DNA from: an uncultured Candidatus Rokubacteria bacterium
GTDB taxonomy: Bacteria; Methylomirabilota; Methylomirabilia; Rokubacteriales; CSP1-6
Assembly: GCA_963771355.1 (NCBI GenBank)
Contig: CAVYTA010000007.1
Location: 96,001 to 160,000, forward strand
DNA length: 64,000 nt
Direction: 5' to 3'
The translations under genes were made by a program, and so were the position numbers. The notes under the pieces were generated by a model. That model saw only the letters and a list, made by a program, of their open reading frames with translations, searched no databases and was not told the DNA's origin. Of this stretch, positions 1 through 10,096 are shown in pieces (position 1 is the stretch's first letter; the number at the start of each line of letters is the position of its first letter).

Positions 1-326
1 CCCCACGAGGCGCTCCGGAGCGCCGCCGCGCGGTCGAGCTTCACCGCCTGCCCCAGCCGATCGTACTCGCGCGTCCCGCCGCTATACCCGCCCCACTGCT
101 TGTTGCTGATGTCCGGGGCCTGCACGTCGAACTTCCGCTTGGTCAGGCGGCTGAAGTAGTGGCGCTCGAAGAGGATGAGCGGCCGGCGATCGGCCAGGAA
201 GCCGCAGCCGCGCGTCTCCACGGTGAGGACGGCCCAGAGCTCGGCGGCATGCACGTGGAGCGTATCGCAGGCCGCGGCGATCCCGCCGGCATCGAGCACC
301 AGGCCCGGTCCTTGAAATGCCGCCAT
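1..326 (-). CDS. N-acetylmuramidase (DUF3380/Muraidase family), 5' part; runs off window edge
   Basis: Manual translation from ATG at 326: MAAFQGPGLVLDAGGIAAACDTLHVHAAELWAVLTVETRGCGFLADRRPLILFERHYFSRLT...RLGQAVKLDRAAALRSASWG. The VE..G.GF, P.ILFERH.F and AL.SASWG motifs are typical of DUF3380. Absent from the ORF track because there is no stop in the window. Confidence 0.85.
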   Translation of the reverse strand, partial: MAAFQGPGLVLDAGGIAAACDTLHVHAAELWAVLTVETRGCGFLADRRPLILFERHYFSRLTKRKFDVQAPDISNKQWGGYSGGTREYDRLGQAVKLDRAAALRSASW

Positions 327-490
327 GACTTACCGCGCGGAGGATGTCGACAACGGCCGGCGGTGGCGATCGGGGAAGGGCATGGCGGGACCAGTCTTGA
401 TTGATACGGGGCCACTTGGCAAGAATTCTCTGCCCGTTGATCGAACCGGTCCCTTGACGGTGCCGTGCTCCGCGGCTAGCATCGTGACGG

Positions 491-1738
491 ATGATCTCGC
501 AACTGCTCAAGATTCTGCGGGAATCGATCAAAGCGGTGCCGGCGATGAAGTATGCGCTCGCCGTGGCGGGAATCCTGGCCGTGGTGGCGATGGTGGGCGC
601 CTTCAAGATATCGCCGTCGATGGCGGTGTTCGGCGCCGTCATCACCCTCGTCCTGATGGTGGCGATGGTGATCTTCGCGCGGCTCACCACCACGGCCTCG
701 CGGCATTTTTTTCTCCCCGTCACGATCATGATGTGGGCATTCCTCGTCATCACGGTGGCGACCGCCTTCCTGTTGTTCACCTCGGCCTTCTTTCAGTGGC
801 CGCGTGGCCTGCGCGAGCTGATCGGTCCTCCGGTGGCGGCCGTCCCGGCAGCAGGGGTCCCCCACGAGGACACCGGCCCGCTGGTCGCCGCCGCGCAGAG
901 GCAACGGGAGAACCGCGACTATACCGGCGCCTGGAGCGCCATCACCCGCGCGGTCGCCGGCGCGCCCGGCTCGAAAGCGGCGCGCGAGGAGCAGACGCAG
1001 ATTGCGATGGCGTGGATCCGCGACATGCGGGTCACCGCCCCGGCGACCTTCACGAGCACGGTGATGCCGTTGTCGGAGCACCTGAACCTGGCTTTGGCGA
1101 CGGCGACGGGACCGCTCGCGGCCGACATCCGCGCTCACCTGGGGCACGCGAACTTTCTACGCCACCGGGAAGGCGCCCGTGACCTCAAGATCGCGGAGGA
1201 ATACGCCGCCGCGGTCGCGCTCGACGCCGCCAATCCCTTCGCGCAGGCCATGTGGGGGCACTGGCTCGCCGTTCAGCACCGGCCACTGGAGGAGTTGAAG
1301 GAGCGATTCCGCATCGCCCTCACGTCCGGACGGGAGCGCGCCTATGTGCAGCGAACCCGGCTCGCCGCTCTCAAATGGCACGGGACGCACGAGGCAGACG
1401 TCGAGCGGGTGCGAGTCGCCGATGAGATGCGGCGCAATAACGAGCCAGCCGAGATGGCGTCACGGCTCGAGATCGTCCGGGACGCCTACCCGCGCGGGCC
1501 CACGGGCGCCGAACCGGCGATGCTGGCCGCCTTGCCCGCGGCCGACCACCTCGCGACGTTTCGCTGGCTAGTCGAGGGCCGCGATCTGAGCAACTCCCCG
1601 ATCGAATCCTATTACCTCGCGCGGCTGACGGAAGCGGCCGGGGATTGTGCGGGCGCGGCCACGCTCTATCGCCCGCTCCTCAGCCTCAACTCGACCTTCG
1701 AGGAGAAAATCAAGGCTGGCCTCGCGCGTTGTGAGTAG
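491..1738 (+). CDS. Hypothetical membrane protein: ~3 N-terminal TM helices plus alpha-helical (TPR-like) C-terminal region
   Basis: 415 aa ORF with three hydrophobic segments in the first ~100 aa. Helical repeats such as AEEYAAAVALDAANPFAQAMWG. Confidence 0.7.
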   Translation: MISQLLKILRESIKAVPAMKYALAVAGILAVVAMVGAFKISPSMAVFGAVITLVLMVAMVIFARLTTTASRHFFLPVTIMMWAFLVITVATAFLLFTSAFFQWPRGLRELIGPPVAAVPAAGVPHEDTGPLVAAAQRQRENRDYTGAWSAITRAVAGAPGSKAAREEQTQIAMAWIRDMRVTAPATFTSTVMPLSEHLNLALATATGPLAADIRAHLGHANFLRHREGARDLKIAEEYAAAVALDAANPFAQAMWGHWLAVQHRPLEELKERFRIALTSGRERAYVQRTRLAALKWHGTHEADVERVRVADEMRRNNEPAEMASRLEIVRDAYPRGPTGAEPAMLAALPAADHLATFRWLVEGRDLSNSPIESYYLARLTEAAGDCAGAATLYRPLLSLNSTFEEKIKAGLARCE

Positions 1739-1779
1739 CCAGGTCCTCGGGCCCGCGCGGTAGCCGAAGGGAGAACAGG

Positions 1780-3933
1780 ATGGCCAGGAAGAAGGTCGCG
1801 AGACGCTCCCGAACTTCACGATCGACCCGGGCTTCCGAGCGGTCTCCGAAGACGACCCGGCCGTCGAGCATTGCCCGGCGGGAGCCCGAGCGCGCCCGCG
1901 GCGCCGGCGCCAAGATGGGGCGCACGCTCGATGCGTTCCCCGACCGGGTGGATATCCGCGACTGGTTTTACCAGCCACCGCTCATCGCCCTGCCCGACCA
2001 GGTGGTGAGCTGCGACCTGGTTCCCACCGTCCTCGACCAGGGGCAGGAGGGGGCCTGCACCGGGTATGCGCTGGCTGCGGTGGTCAACTTCCACCTCTTC
2101 CATCGCCGGATCCGGCGGACGGTCAGCCCGCGCATGCTCTACGACATGGCGCGCCGGTACGACGAGTGGCCCGGCGAGAAGTACGAGGGCTCGTCGGCCC
2201 GCGGCGCGATGAAGGGCTGGGTGTCGCACGGCGTCTGCAATGAAGTCTCGTGGCCGGCCACGCTTCACGGCGCCCAGTTCCTCACGCCCGCGCTGGCAAC
2301 GGAAGCGCAGGAAACACCCGGCGGCGCCTACTACCGCGTCATGCACCGGCAGATCCGCGACATGCACGCTGCGCTGGCGGAGGTGGGCATTCTCTACGTC
2401 ACGCTCATGGTGCACGAGGGCTGGAACGCGCCGGGGCCCACGACGGTGACGGTGGACTACGTCGAGTCGGGCAACTCCAAGAAGCTCACCCTTCCGGTGA
2501 TCCGACGCGCGGGGCGCGCCGACGGCGGGCACGCCGTGGCCATCGTCGGCTACACCCGCGACGGGTTCATCATCCAGAATTCCTGGGGCCCCGACTGGGG
2601 CGCGCGGGGGTTCGCGCTGCTTCCGTACGAGGATTTCATGCTGCACTCCACCGACGTGTGGGTCGCCCAGCTCGGTGTCCCCGTGAAGATGACCGGATGG
2701 ACGGAGGAGGGCGGCGCGGACACCACCGCCGGCCTGCATCGGGCCATGCAGGCCATTCCGCTCGCCGATATCCGCCCGTACGTGGTGGACATCGGCAACA
2801 ACGGCGAGCTGTCGGACTCCGGCTCCTATTGGACCACCACCGCGGACCTCGACCGGCTCTTCAACGAGATCATCCCCGAGCGGACCCAGACGTGGGCCCG
2901 GCGCCGGGTGATGCTGTACCTGCACGGCGGCCTCAACAACGAGCGGGCGGTGGCGGAGCGCATCGTGGCCTTCCGGGATGTGTTCCTCGAGAACGAGATC
3001 TACCCCGTCCACATCATGTGGGAGTCCGGCGTGTGGGAATCGCTGAGCGGGCTCATCGAGGACCTCTTCACCGACGTGGACGAGCGGGCGGGGGCGGTGG
3101 GGGACTGGCTCCGCGGCCTGCGGGACGGGATGGTCGAGGCCAAGGACCGCTCTCTCGAGCTCACCGCCGCCTTGCCCGGTGGGGCGCTCTGGGGCGAGAT
3201 GAAGGAGAACGCCAAGCTGGCCTCGGCGCAGCCGGAGCGCAAGGGCGGGATGCAGCTCATCGCCCAGCACGCGCAGAAGGCGCTCGGCGACGTGGACGAG
3301 GCCGAGCGCAAGAAGTGGGAGCTGCACGTGGTGGGGCACAGCGCCGGGAGCATCTTCGCGGCGCACGCGTTGCGCCACCTCATCGACCTCAAGGTGACGC
3401 TCAAGACCGTGCAGTTCATGGCGCCCGCCATCACCGTGAAGGCGTTCAAGGAGCTCGTGCTGCCGCACGTCAAGTCGGGGGACTGCCCGTCGCCGACCCT
3501 CTACATCCTCAGCGACAGCGGGGAGCTCGACGACGAGGTGGGGCCCTACGGCAAGTCGCTGCTCTACCTGGTGAGCAATGCGTTCGAGGAGAGACGGGGC
3601 ACCCCCATCCTGGGGATGGAGAAGTTCCTGGTCGGCCCCGACGCCGATCCGGAAACGGCCAAGCTGTACCGACCGGGTGGCGCCGGCCATCTGGTCGTGG
3701 CCGGCAAGGGGAAGGATCCGGCCGGACAAAGCGCGAGCGAGACCCACGGCGGCTTCGACAACGATCCCCGGACGCTGAACTCGGTGATGTATCAGATCCT
3801 AGGCGGCCCGCCGAAGCGGCAGTTCCAGGTTCGCGATCTCCAGTTCGAGGACACGAAGGACGCCGCCGCCGGCCGGGGCCGGCGCGCCGGCGCTGCCGCC
3901 AACGGCTGGGGAGCGCACTCGCGGCGAGGCTGA
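1780..3933 (+). CDS. C1 (papain-like) cysteine peptidase fused to alpha/beta-hydrolase domain
   Basis: Protease motifs DQGQEGACTG, GGHAVAIVGY, QNSWG. Hydrolase motifs LYLHGGLN, VVGHSAG, ETHGGFDND. Confidence 0.85.
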   Translation: MARKKVARRSRTSRSTRASERSPKTTRPSSIARREPERARGAGAKMGRTLDAFPDRVDIRDWFYQPPLIALPDQVVSCDLVPTVLDQGQEGACTGYALAAVVNFHLFHRRIRRTVSPRMLYDMARRYDEWPGEKYEGSSARGAMKGWVSHGVCNEVSWPATLHGAQFLTPALATEAQETPGGAYYRVMHRQIRDMHAALAEVGILYVTLMVHEGWNAPGPTTVTVDYVESGNSKKLTLPVIRRAGRADGGHAVAIVGYTRDGFIIQNSWGPDWGARGFALLPYEDFMLHSTDVWVAQLGVPVKMTGWTEEGGADTTAGLHRAMQAIPLADIRPYVVDIGNNGELSDSGSYWTTTADLDRLFNEIIPERTQTWARRRVMLYLHGGLNNERAVAERIVAFRDVFLENEIYPVHIMWESGVWESLSGLIEDLFTDVDERAGAVGDWLRGLRDGMVEAKDRSLELTAALPGGALWGEMKENAKLASAQPERKGGMQLIAQHAQKALGDVDEAERKKWELHVVGHSAGSIFAAHALRHLIDLKVTLKTVQFMAPAITVKAFKELVLPHVKSGDCPSPTLYILSDSGELDDEVGPYGKSLLYLVSNAFEERRGTPILGMEKFLVGPDADPETAKLYRPGGAGHLVVAGKGKDPAGQSASETHGGFDNDPRTLNSVMYQILGGPPKRQFQVRDLQFEDTKDAAAGRGRRAGAAANGWGAHSRRG

Positions 3934-4002
3934 GGCGGTGAGGCTGTCCGTGTCTCGGGTATGATGTTCCCTCATCACCAAACCCGACATCAGGAGGACG
4001 AC

Positions 4003-4579
4003 ATGGCCGACAATCCGCATATCCTCGGCGACAAGGTCCGCATCGCTCGAGGATGAGTTCTTCCGGAAGGAGGACCAGCGCGCCATGCAGCAGCTCCGCG
4101 AGCTCCGCGAGAAAGCGGCCTCCCGCGAAGCGCTCACGAAGGTCTCCGGGATCAAGAACGAGGCCATCCTCGACAAGCTGATCCAGCTGGGCATCCGGGC
4201 CGAGGTCCTCGCGGCGCTCGCCCTCGCGCCGCTGGTCGAGGTGGCGTGGGCGGACGGCTCGCTCGATGAGCGGGAGCGGCGGGAGATCCTCGGGCGTGCC
4301 GAGAAGTCCGGCATTGCCCCGGGCTCGCCGGGCCATGCCATCCTCCAGAGCTGGCTCGAGCGGAAACCCGAGCCGAAACTGCTCACGGCGTGGATCCACA
4401 TGGTGGAGGGACTCTGCGAGCATATGACCCCGGAGCAGGTCGGGGCCCTGCGCGCCGGGCTGATCGAGCGTGCCCAGGCCATCGCGAGCGCGAGCGGCGG
4501 CGTCCTCGGCATTGGCAAGGTCTCGGCGGCGGAGGCCGACATGATTCAGCGGCTCGAGTCTGCCTTCGGCCGGACGTAA
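4003..4579 (+). CDS. TerB-like protein (apparent +1 frameshift near 4040)
   Basis: SD AGGAGG precedes ATG 4003. The frame shifts into SLEDEFFRKEDQRAMQQL..., followed by the motif LVEVAWADGSLDERER and C-terminal GKVSAAE. Confidence 0.65.
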
Positions 4580-4610
4580 CCGGAGGCCTCGCGCGCCGGG
4601 GATCGTGTGC

Positions 4611-5332
4611 TCACCGCGGCGGATGACGCACTCCGGGTGGGCGGGACCTTGTCCACCCACTCCGCGGCGCGCGCGTCTGATCCGCCGACCGAGCGGCCGC
4701 GTCTGAGCCATGACGTTGCCGGCGCTGACCGCGTACAGGGAGGTGATCGGCAGTCCGGCCGAACGCAGCGCCCTCGCCGTCCAGGTGTTGCACGTCTTCA
4801 GCAGGGAGTATTTCTCGCGCGCCGCGTAGAAGCGGCTGTTCGCGTAGTGGCCCCGGCCGGAGATCCATTGTCCTGCCCGAATCGTCCTTCGCGTAGGCGT
4901 CCGCGATGAAGGCGGCGAGCCCCCGGAACCCGCGAGCGGAGACGAGGATCTCGACGATCTCGCGCTGAGCGGAAGAACTGCTGGACAGGACCGTCGAATC
5001 CCACGATGTGCAGGACGCCCGGGGAGGGCCAGAGTACTGCCTTCAGCGCCAGCCCCGGTGTGCCTTCTGGGGCCATATAGAACTCCCTGGCGCCCCAGCC
5101 AACTCTCCAGGTACTCGGAGTCCGCGACCTCAGCATGTTCAGCCCAGACACCTTCAGGAATGTCAGCTCGCCGGACTGCGATGCCGGTGTGCCATCCGTG
5201 GTTGATGACATATATCGCCTTGACGGGTTCGGCCGGCCCGGGCGGATAGAGCCCGTCGATGGATCTGGCGCAGCCCACAGGCCCGGTGCTGAACACCACC
5301 AGCCCGACGAGGGCAACCTGGAGGGCGTTCAT
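4611..5332 (-). pseudogene. DUF2459 family putative lipoprotein, split by three apparent +1 insertions (likely sequencing errors); 3' end uncertain
   Basis: Motifs IYVINHGWHTGI, YLE/VGWGAREFY and SRFYAAREKYSLLKTCNTWTARAL lie across three frames, with shifts near 5104, 4962 and 4860. Confidence 0.75.
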
Positions 5333-5455
5333 GTTGCCCATCCTCTCATCAAGATGGTCTGGGAGAGGCTGGCACGTCCCGGAGATGCGCGGAGATGTGC
5401 GGTGATAGACTCTCGCCGGCGTACGCCCGTGTCGCGATCGTGGCGGAGGTGCGAA

Positions 5456-6496
5456 GTGCGTGAGTCGCGCTCGTCCGGATTGGTGAGCGGGATCAGGGCG
5501 GCGGCCCTGGCCGCCCTCCTGCTCGGCGTGGCCGCGCGGGGTGAGGCAGACCTCCGGCTGGCTCGCGAGGAGTACCCGGTGGTGGACGGGTCCACCTCCA
5601 CCCAGCCGCTCGGGATGCTGGTGGCCGGGCGGGTGACCCGGACGAGCGTCGAGTGGCGCCGCACCTCGTTCTTCGACCCCACGCGTTTCCTCGCTCTCAC
5701 GGGCGCCCCGTACGACGACTCGAGGAAGCTCTCGCTCGAGCCCACGGCGGCCGAGCCACGCGGGCCGGATCTCGGGACCGCCCTGTCCTCCATCGGTCAG
5801 CTCGCGGAGCGCGTCCGGCACTTCGGCACCCATCAGAGCTATGCGCGCCTGGCCACCGGCCAGGCCGACCTGGTGCTGGCCGCGCGGGGGCCCACGCCGG
5901 CCGAGCGCGAGGCGGTCCGGCGCGCCGGCACCGAGATCGTCGCGTTACCGATCGCACGGGACGCGTTCGTCTTCCTGCGCCACGCGAGCAATCCCGTGAC
6001 CGGCGTCACCCTGGACCAGGTGCGCGACATCTATGCCGGCGTCCTGACCAGCTGGAAGTTCCTCGGTGGGGCCGATCGCCCCATCGTGGCCTATCAGCGC
6101 GACGCGACCTCGGGAAGCCAGGTGGAGATGGAGCAGCTCGTGATGCGGGGTCGACCCATGCGGGAGGGCCCGGACATCCGGGTCACCATGGCCATGTTCG
6201 GTCCTTTCAACGCCATCCGCCACGACCCGACCGGGATCGGGTACTCCTACCACTACTACGAGCGCTTCATGGCCGTGGTGCCAGAGGTGACCACGCTGGC
6301 CATCGACGGGATCCCGCCCGAGCCGGCGACGATCGCCTCCGGCCGCTATCCCCTGGGGACGGCAGTCTATCTCGCCCATCGCGCGGACTTGCCGCCCGGC
6401 GGCGCGGCGGCTCGCCTGCGCGACTGGCTGCGCACGCCGGCCGGCCAGGCGGTGATCGCGGAGAGCGGGTACGTGCCCCTGCGGCCGGCGCCATGA
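5456..6496 (+). CDS. PstS-like periplasmic substrate-binding protein
   Basis: Signal peptide; YPVVDGSTST, IARDAFVF, YQRDATSGSQ, TIASGRYPL. GGAGG precedes the GTG start. Confidence 0.8.
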   Translation: MRESRSSGLVSGIRAAALAALLLGVAARGEADLRLAREEYPVVDGSTSTQPLGMLVAGRVTRTSVEWRRTSFFDPTRFLALTGAPYDDSRKLSLEPTAAEPRGPDLGTALSSIGQLAERVRHFGTHQSYARLATGQADLVLAARGPTPAEREAVRRAGTEIVALPIARDAFVFLRHASNPVTGVTLDQVRDIYAGVLTSWKFLGGADRPIVAYQRDATSGSQVEMEQLVMRGRPMREGPDIRVTMAMFGPFNAIRHDPTGIGYSYHYYERFMAVVPEVTTLAIDGIPPEPATIASGRYPLGTAVYLAHRADLPPGGAAARLRDWLRTPAGQAVIAESGYVPLRPAP

Positions 6497-6566
6497 AGGT
6501 CGAGCTGCCGTACGGCGAAGTCGGCGCCGCTTGACGCCACGCCCGCCCCGGGGGAGCATGGCGCCC

Positions 6567-7439
6567 ATGCCCGTCACCCTCGTCACCGGCACCAGCACCG
6601 GCATCGGCTTCGCCACCGCACTCCACCTGGCGCGGCATGGGCACACCGTGGTCGCCACCATGCGGAACCTCGCCAAGGCGGGTCCGCTCGAGGCGGCCGC
6701 GCGCGCGGAGGATCTGCCGCTGGTCCTTCGTGAGCTGGACGTCACGAGGCCGGATTCGATCGATCACGCAGTGGCGGCGACGCGGGAGCGCGAAGGCGCC
6801 GTCGACGTGCTCGTCAATAACGCCGGCATCGGCGGGGCGACGCCCCTCGAGCTCACGCCTGAAGCGGAGCACCGGGCGATGTTCGAGGCGAACTACTGGG
6901 GCCCCATCCGGATGATCCAGGCGGTGCTGCCGGCGATGCGGGAACGGCGGGCCGGATGCATCGTGAACGTCACGTCGATCGCGGGGCGCATCGCCACCCC
7001 GAACCAGATCCCATACTCCGCGTCGAAGCACGCGCTGGCCGCCGCGAGCGAAGCGCTGGCCCACGAGGTAGCCGCCTTCGGGATCCGCGTGGCCATCATC
7101 GAGCCCGGCGTCATCCAGACCGCCATCTTCGAGAACTCGGCGGACGCCACGCGCTACGACAAGGCCTCGCCGTATCGGCAGATCATGCGCCGCAACGGCA
7201 AGCTCTTCGCCGCCGGCTTCCGCAACCCGGGCCAGCCCGAGACGGTTGCCGCCACGATCCTGGAGGCCATCACCACCGACCGGCCGCGCCTGCGCTACCC
7301 CGTGGGCGTCGATGCGGAGGGTCTGGCCGCGGGGCGCGCTCGCATCAGCGACGAGGAGTGGGTCGCGATGGGCGGCGAGCTGAGCGACGAGGAATACAAT
7401 GCCCGCTTCAAGCGCTACTTCGGGATCGAGCTGCGGTAG
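6567..7439 (+). CDS. SDR family oxidoreductase
   Basis: TGTSTGIG, NNAG and YSASK motifs. Confidence 0.92.
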   Translation: MPVTLVTGTSTGIGFATALHLARHGHTVVATMRNLAKAGPLEAAARAEDLPLVLRELDVTRPDSIDHAVAATREREGAVDVLVNNAGIGGATPLELTPEAEHRAMFEANYWGPIRMIQAVLPAMRERRAGCIVNVTSIAGRIATPNQIPYSASKHALAAASEALAHEVAAFGIRVAIIEPGVIQTAIFENSADATRYDKASPYRQIMRRNGKLFAAGFRNPGQPETVAATILEAITTDRPRLRYPVGVDAEGLAAGRARISDEEWVAMGGELSDEEYNARFKRYFGIELR

Positions 7440-7941
7440 CCCCGCGCGCGCGGCGCCACCGTCGCGCCATCACCCGGTCGTGCCAAGCGCGGCGAAAGCG
7501 GCCGTGTTGATTCAGCCCAGTCCGCCGGCCGATTGACGGCGGTGGTGTGTCTGGCCTAGCATGCCGCTCACCCGAGTCGATTCGCTCGACCCGGGAGGAG
7601 CCCGCTGATGTGCACTGTCGCAGCGGCTCCTGGGGCGGCCGGTCGGGAATGGAGCCCACGGCGGGGCGATCGCCGCCGGGAGGGTGCTAGAGTTGGCTAC
7701 GCTCCGCATAGCTCGCGGCGGGCCCAATGCCCGGATGGCGAAGGAGTTGGGCTCGCCCGTTTCTGGGCGAGGAGGGGCTGCCGACGTGTTATCTCGCTCT
7801 TCTCTTGGCGGATTACCTCATCGAGCGGCGAGGACTCGCGCGCGGGAAGGCATACTTCTGCTCATTCTCAAGCTCGTGAGACTGGCTGAGGAACTTCGCG
7901 CCGAAAGATGGGGCTTGGCCAGGGCGGCTGGCCGCCTGCGC

Positions 7942-9490
7942 ATGGGGACCGACAGCGGAGAGAGGGCCTTTGTCCTGACTATCCGCTTGGCCGCCGCCGC
8001 CCTGCTGATCGCCGGCTGTGCGACCGTGCCGACAGACTACCCACGAACCGAGTCGACGGCGTTCCAGCTCCACGAGTCCACCAGCATCGGCAAGGATCTC
8101 GCCGGCCTTGCCGCGCAACACCCCGGCGAATCGGGCTTGGCGATCATCCGGCGGGGGCGCATGGCGTTCACGGCCCGCGTGGCCCTGGCCGATCTCGCCG
8201 AAAAGACGCTCGACGTCCAGTACTTCCTCTGGGAATCCGACGCCACCGGACGCATCCTGGGCGACCGCCTCATGCGCGCGGCCGACCGGGGCGTCCGGGT
8301 ACGGATCCTGATCGACGACGTCAATCTCAAGGATCGCGACGCGGGCATCGCCGCGCTCGACGCGCACCCCAACGTCGAGATCCGCCTGTTCAATCCCTTC
8401 GCCCACCGCGGGTCGCATCTTCTTGGATTCTTGACCGACTTCGATCGCGTCAACCATCGCATGCACAACAAGCTCATGGTGATGGACAACGCCCTGGCGA
8501 TCGTCGGCGGGCGCAACATGAGCGATCCCTACTTCGAGGTGGACCCTCGAGCGAACTTCCGCGACCTCGACATCGCGGCGGCTGGTCCCGTGGTCCGGGA
8601 TCTGTCACGAGTCTTCGACCGATTCTGGAACGGCGACTGGTCAGTACCCATCGCGGCGCTGGTCGACCGGCCGTACACCGAGGCGGACTATCGCGCCCAC
8701 GTGCAACGCACACGCGAGGAGATCGCGAAGGGAGGCTATCCGCATCCGCTGGACGAGGACGTTGCCACGCTCAAGTCGGAGCTCTCGACCCTCGTTCGCG
8801 ACTTCATCTGGGCCCCCGCGCACGCCGTGTACGACGATCCCGCCTCGATGAGCGACCAGAGCCGGACGCGTGATGCACACGTTGCTGTTCCAGAGATTCG
8901 AGCGGTTGCAGACGGAGCTGCTGATCGAGTCGGCCTATTTCATCCCGCTCGACCGGGGCGTCGCCAAGCTGAAGGAGCTGGTCGACCGCGGCGTCCGGGT
9001 CCGGGTCCTCACGAACTCCCTCGCCTCCAATGACGTCATCGCCGCCTTCGCCGGATACTCGAAAAGGCGCGAAGCCATGGTCCGGAACGGCGTCGAGCTG
9101 TACGAATTGCGCCCGGAGCCGGGGCCGGTGCGCAAGCGGCTGTTCGGCGGCGGCTCAAGAGCGGGCCTGCACACCAAGGCGATCGTCTTCGACCGCAAGG
9201 ACGTGTTCATCGGCAGCTTCAACCTCGACGCGCGGTCGAGCGCCATCAACACCGAGGCGGGACTTTACGTGGAAAGCCCGGCACTCGCCGCGCAGGTGAT
9301 CGAATTCATGAATGAAGGAGTCGATCCGGACGTCAGCTTCCGACTGGAGCTCGACAAGGAGGGGAAGCTCCACTGGGTCGCCGAGGACGAGGGTACGCCG
9401 CTGCGCTACGACAAGGATCCGATGTCGACGTTCCTGCAGCGGTTCGCCGCCGGCTTGATCCGCCTGTTGCCGGTCGACACTCAGCTCTAG
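7942..9490 (+). CDS. Phospholipase D family lipoprotein (ClsC/YmdC-like), frameshifted near 8868; start uncertain
   Basis: Lipobox LIAGC. Two HKD motifs (HNKLMVMD, HTKAIVFD) fall in consecutive frames (7684..9033 and 8870..9490). Confidence 0.85.
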
Positions 9491-9694
9491 CCGCGTCAGT
9501 CGAACAGGACGCGCGTATGCGCGTGCAGCACCGCGCGGCTCAGTTCGCGGTTTGCCGAAGCCTCGCGCGGCCGTCCGTTGAGACAACGAACACCGCGCGG
9601 CCGCGCGCGACTCCAGCAAACCGATCCTCGGTCACCTCAGCTGTGACGCGTTCGCTGCGGCTACCCAGCCGGCCGGTCGGCGCTTACGCCCGGC

Positions 9695-10096
9695 TTAGTC
9701 GAATCCCCAGATCTGGAGCCTAGCCGTCGGCGCAGTACCAACGATTTTGTACTCGACCGTCACCGCCTCGAGCCGTGCCTTGCGTCCCGGAGCATCCCTC
9801 GGAACCGACTTTCCTCCAGCTTTCACGAGTCCGAAATCCGTGATCGTGTCGTCTCGGCGATTGTCCCAGTTGAGGATGACCTTCGTGATCTGCACGTCAG
9901 CACCCTCGATGCCGATCCTCATCTGCTTGATGTCCTTCGCCCACCGACCGCCTGAACTCTTGATGAGCGTGCCTTGATCGACTGCCTTGATCGTCTGCTC
10001 GCCGAGCATGGACCACTCGTCCGCGGCTCTGGCCACGGGGCCCATGAGGACGACGGACGCGACAGCGATAATGGCCACCAAAAATCGTGCGTTCAT
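9695..10096 (-). CDS. Secreted beta-rich protein (DUF2541/YaaI-like)
   Basis: Signal peptide ending ARA-A, then W..LGE. Pattern KQMRIGIEGADVQITKVIL; ends LQIWG. Confidence 0.6.
   Translation of the reverse strand: MNARFLVAIIAVASVVLMGPVARAADEWSMLGEQTIKAVDQGTLIKSSGGRWAKDIKQMRIGIEGADVQITKVILNWDNRRDDTITDFGLVKAGGKSVPRDAPGRKARLEAVTVEYKIVGTAPTARLQIWGFD

Noticed and set aside
7440..7941. Structured ncRNA in the 500-bp spacer before the PLD gene
   Set aside because: Only short imperfect GC hairpins, with no recognisable family motif.
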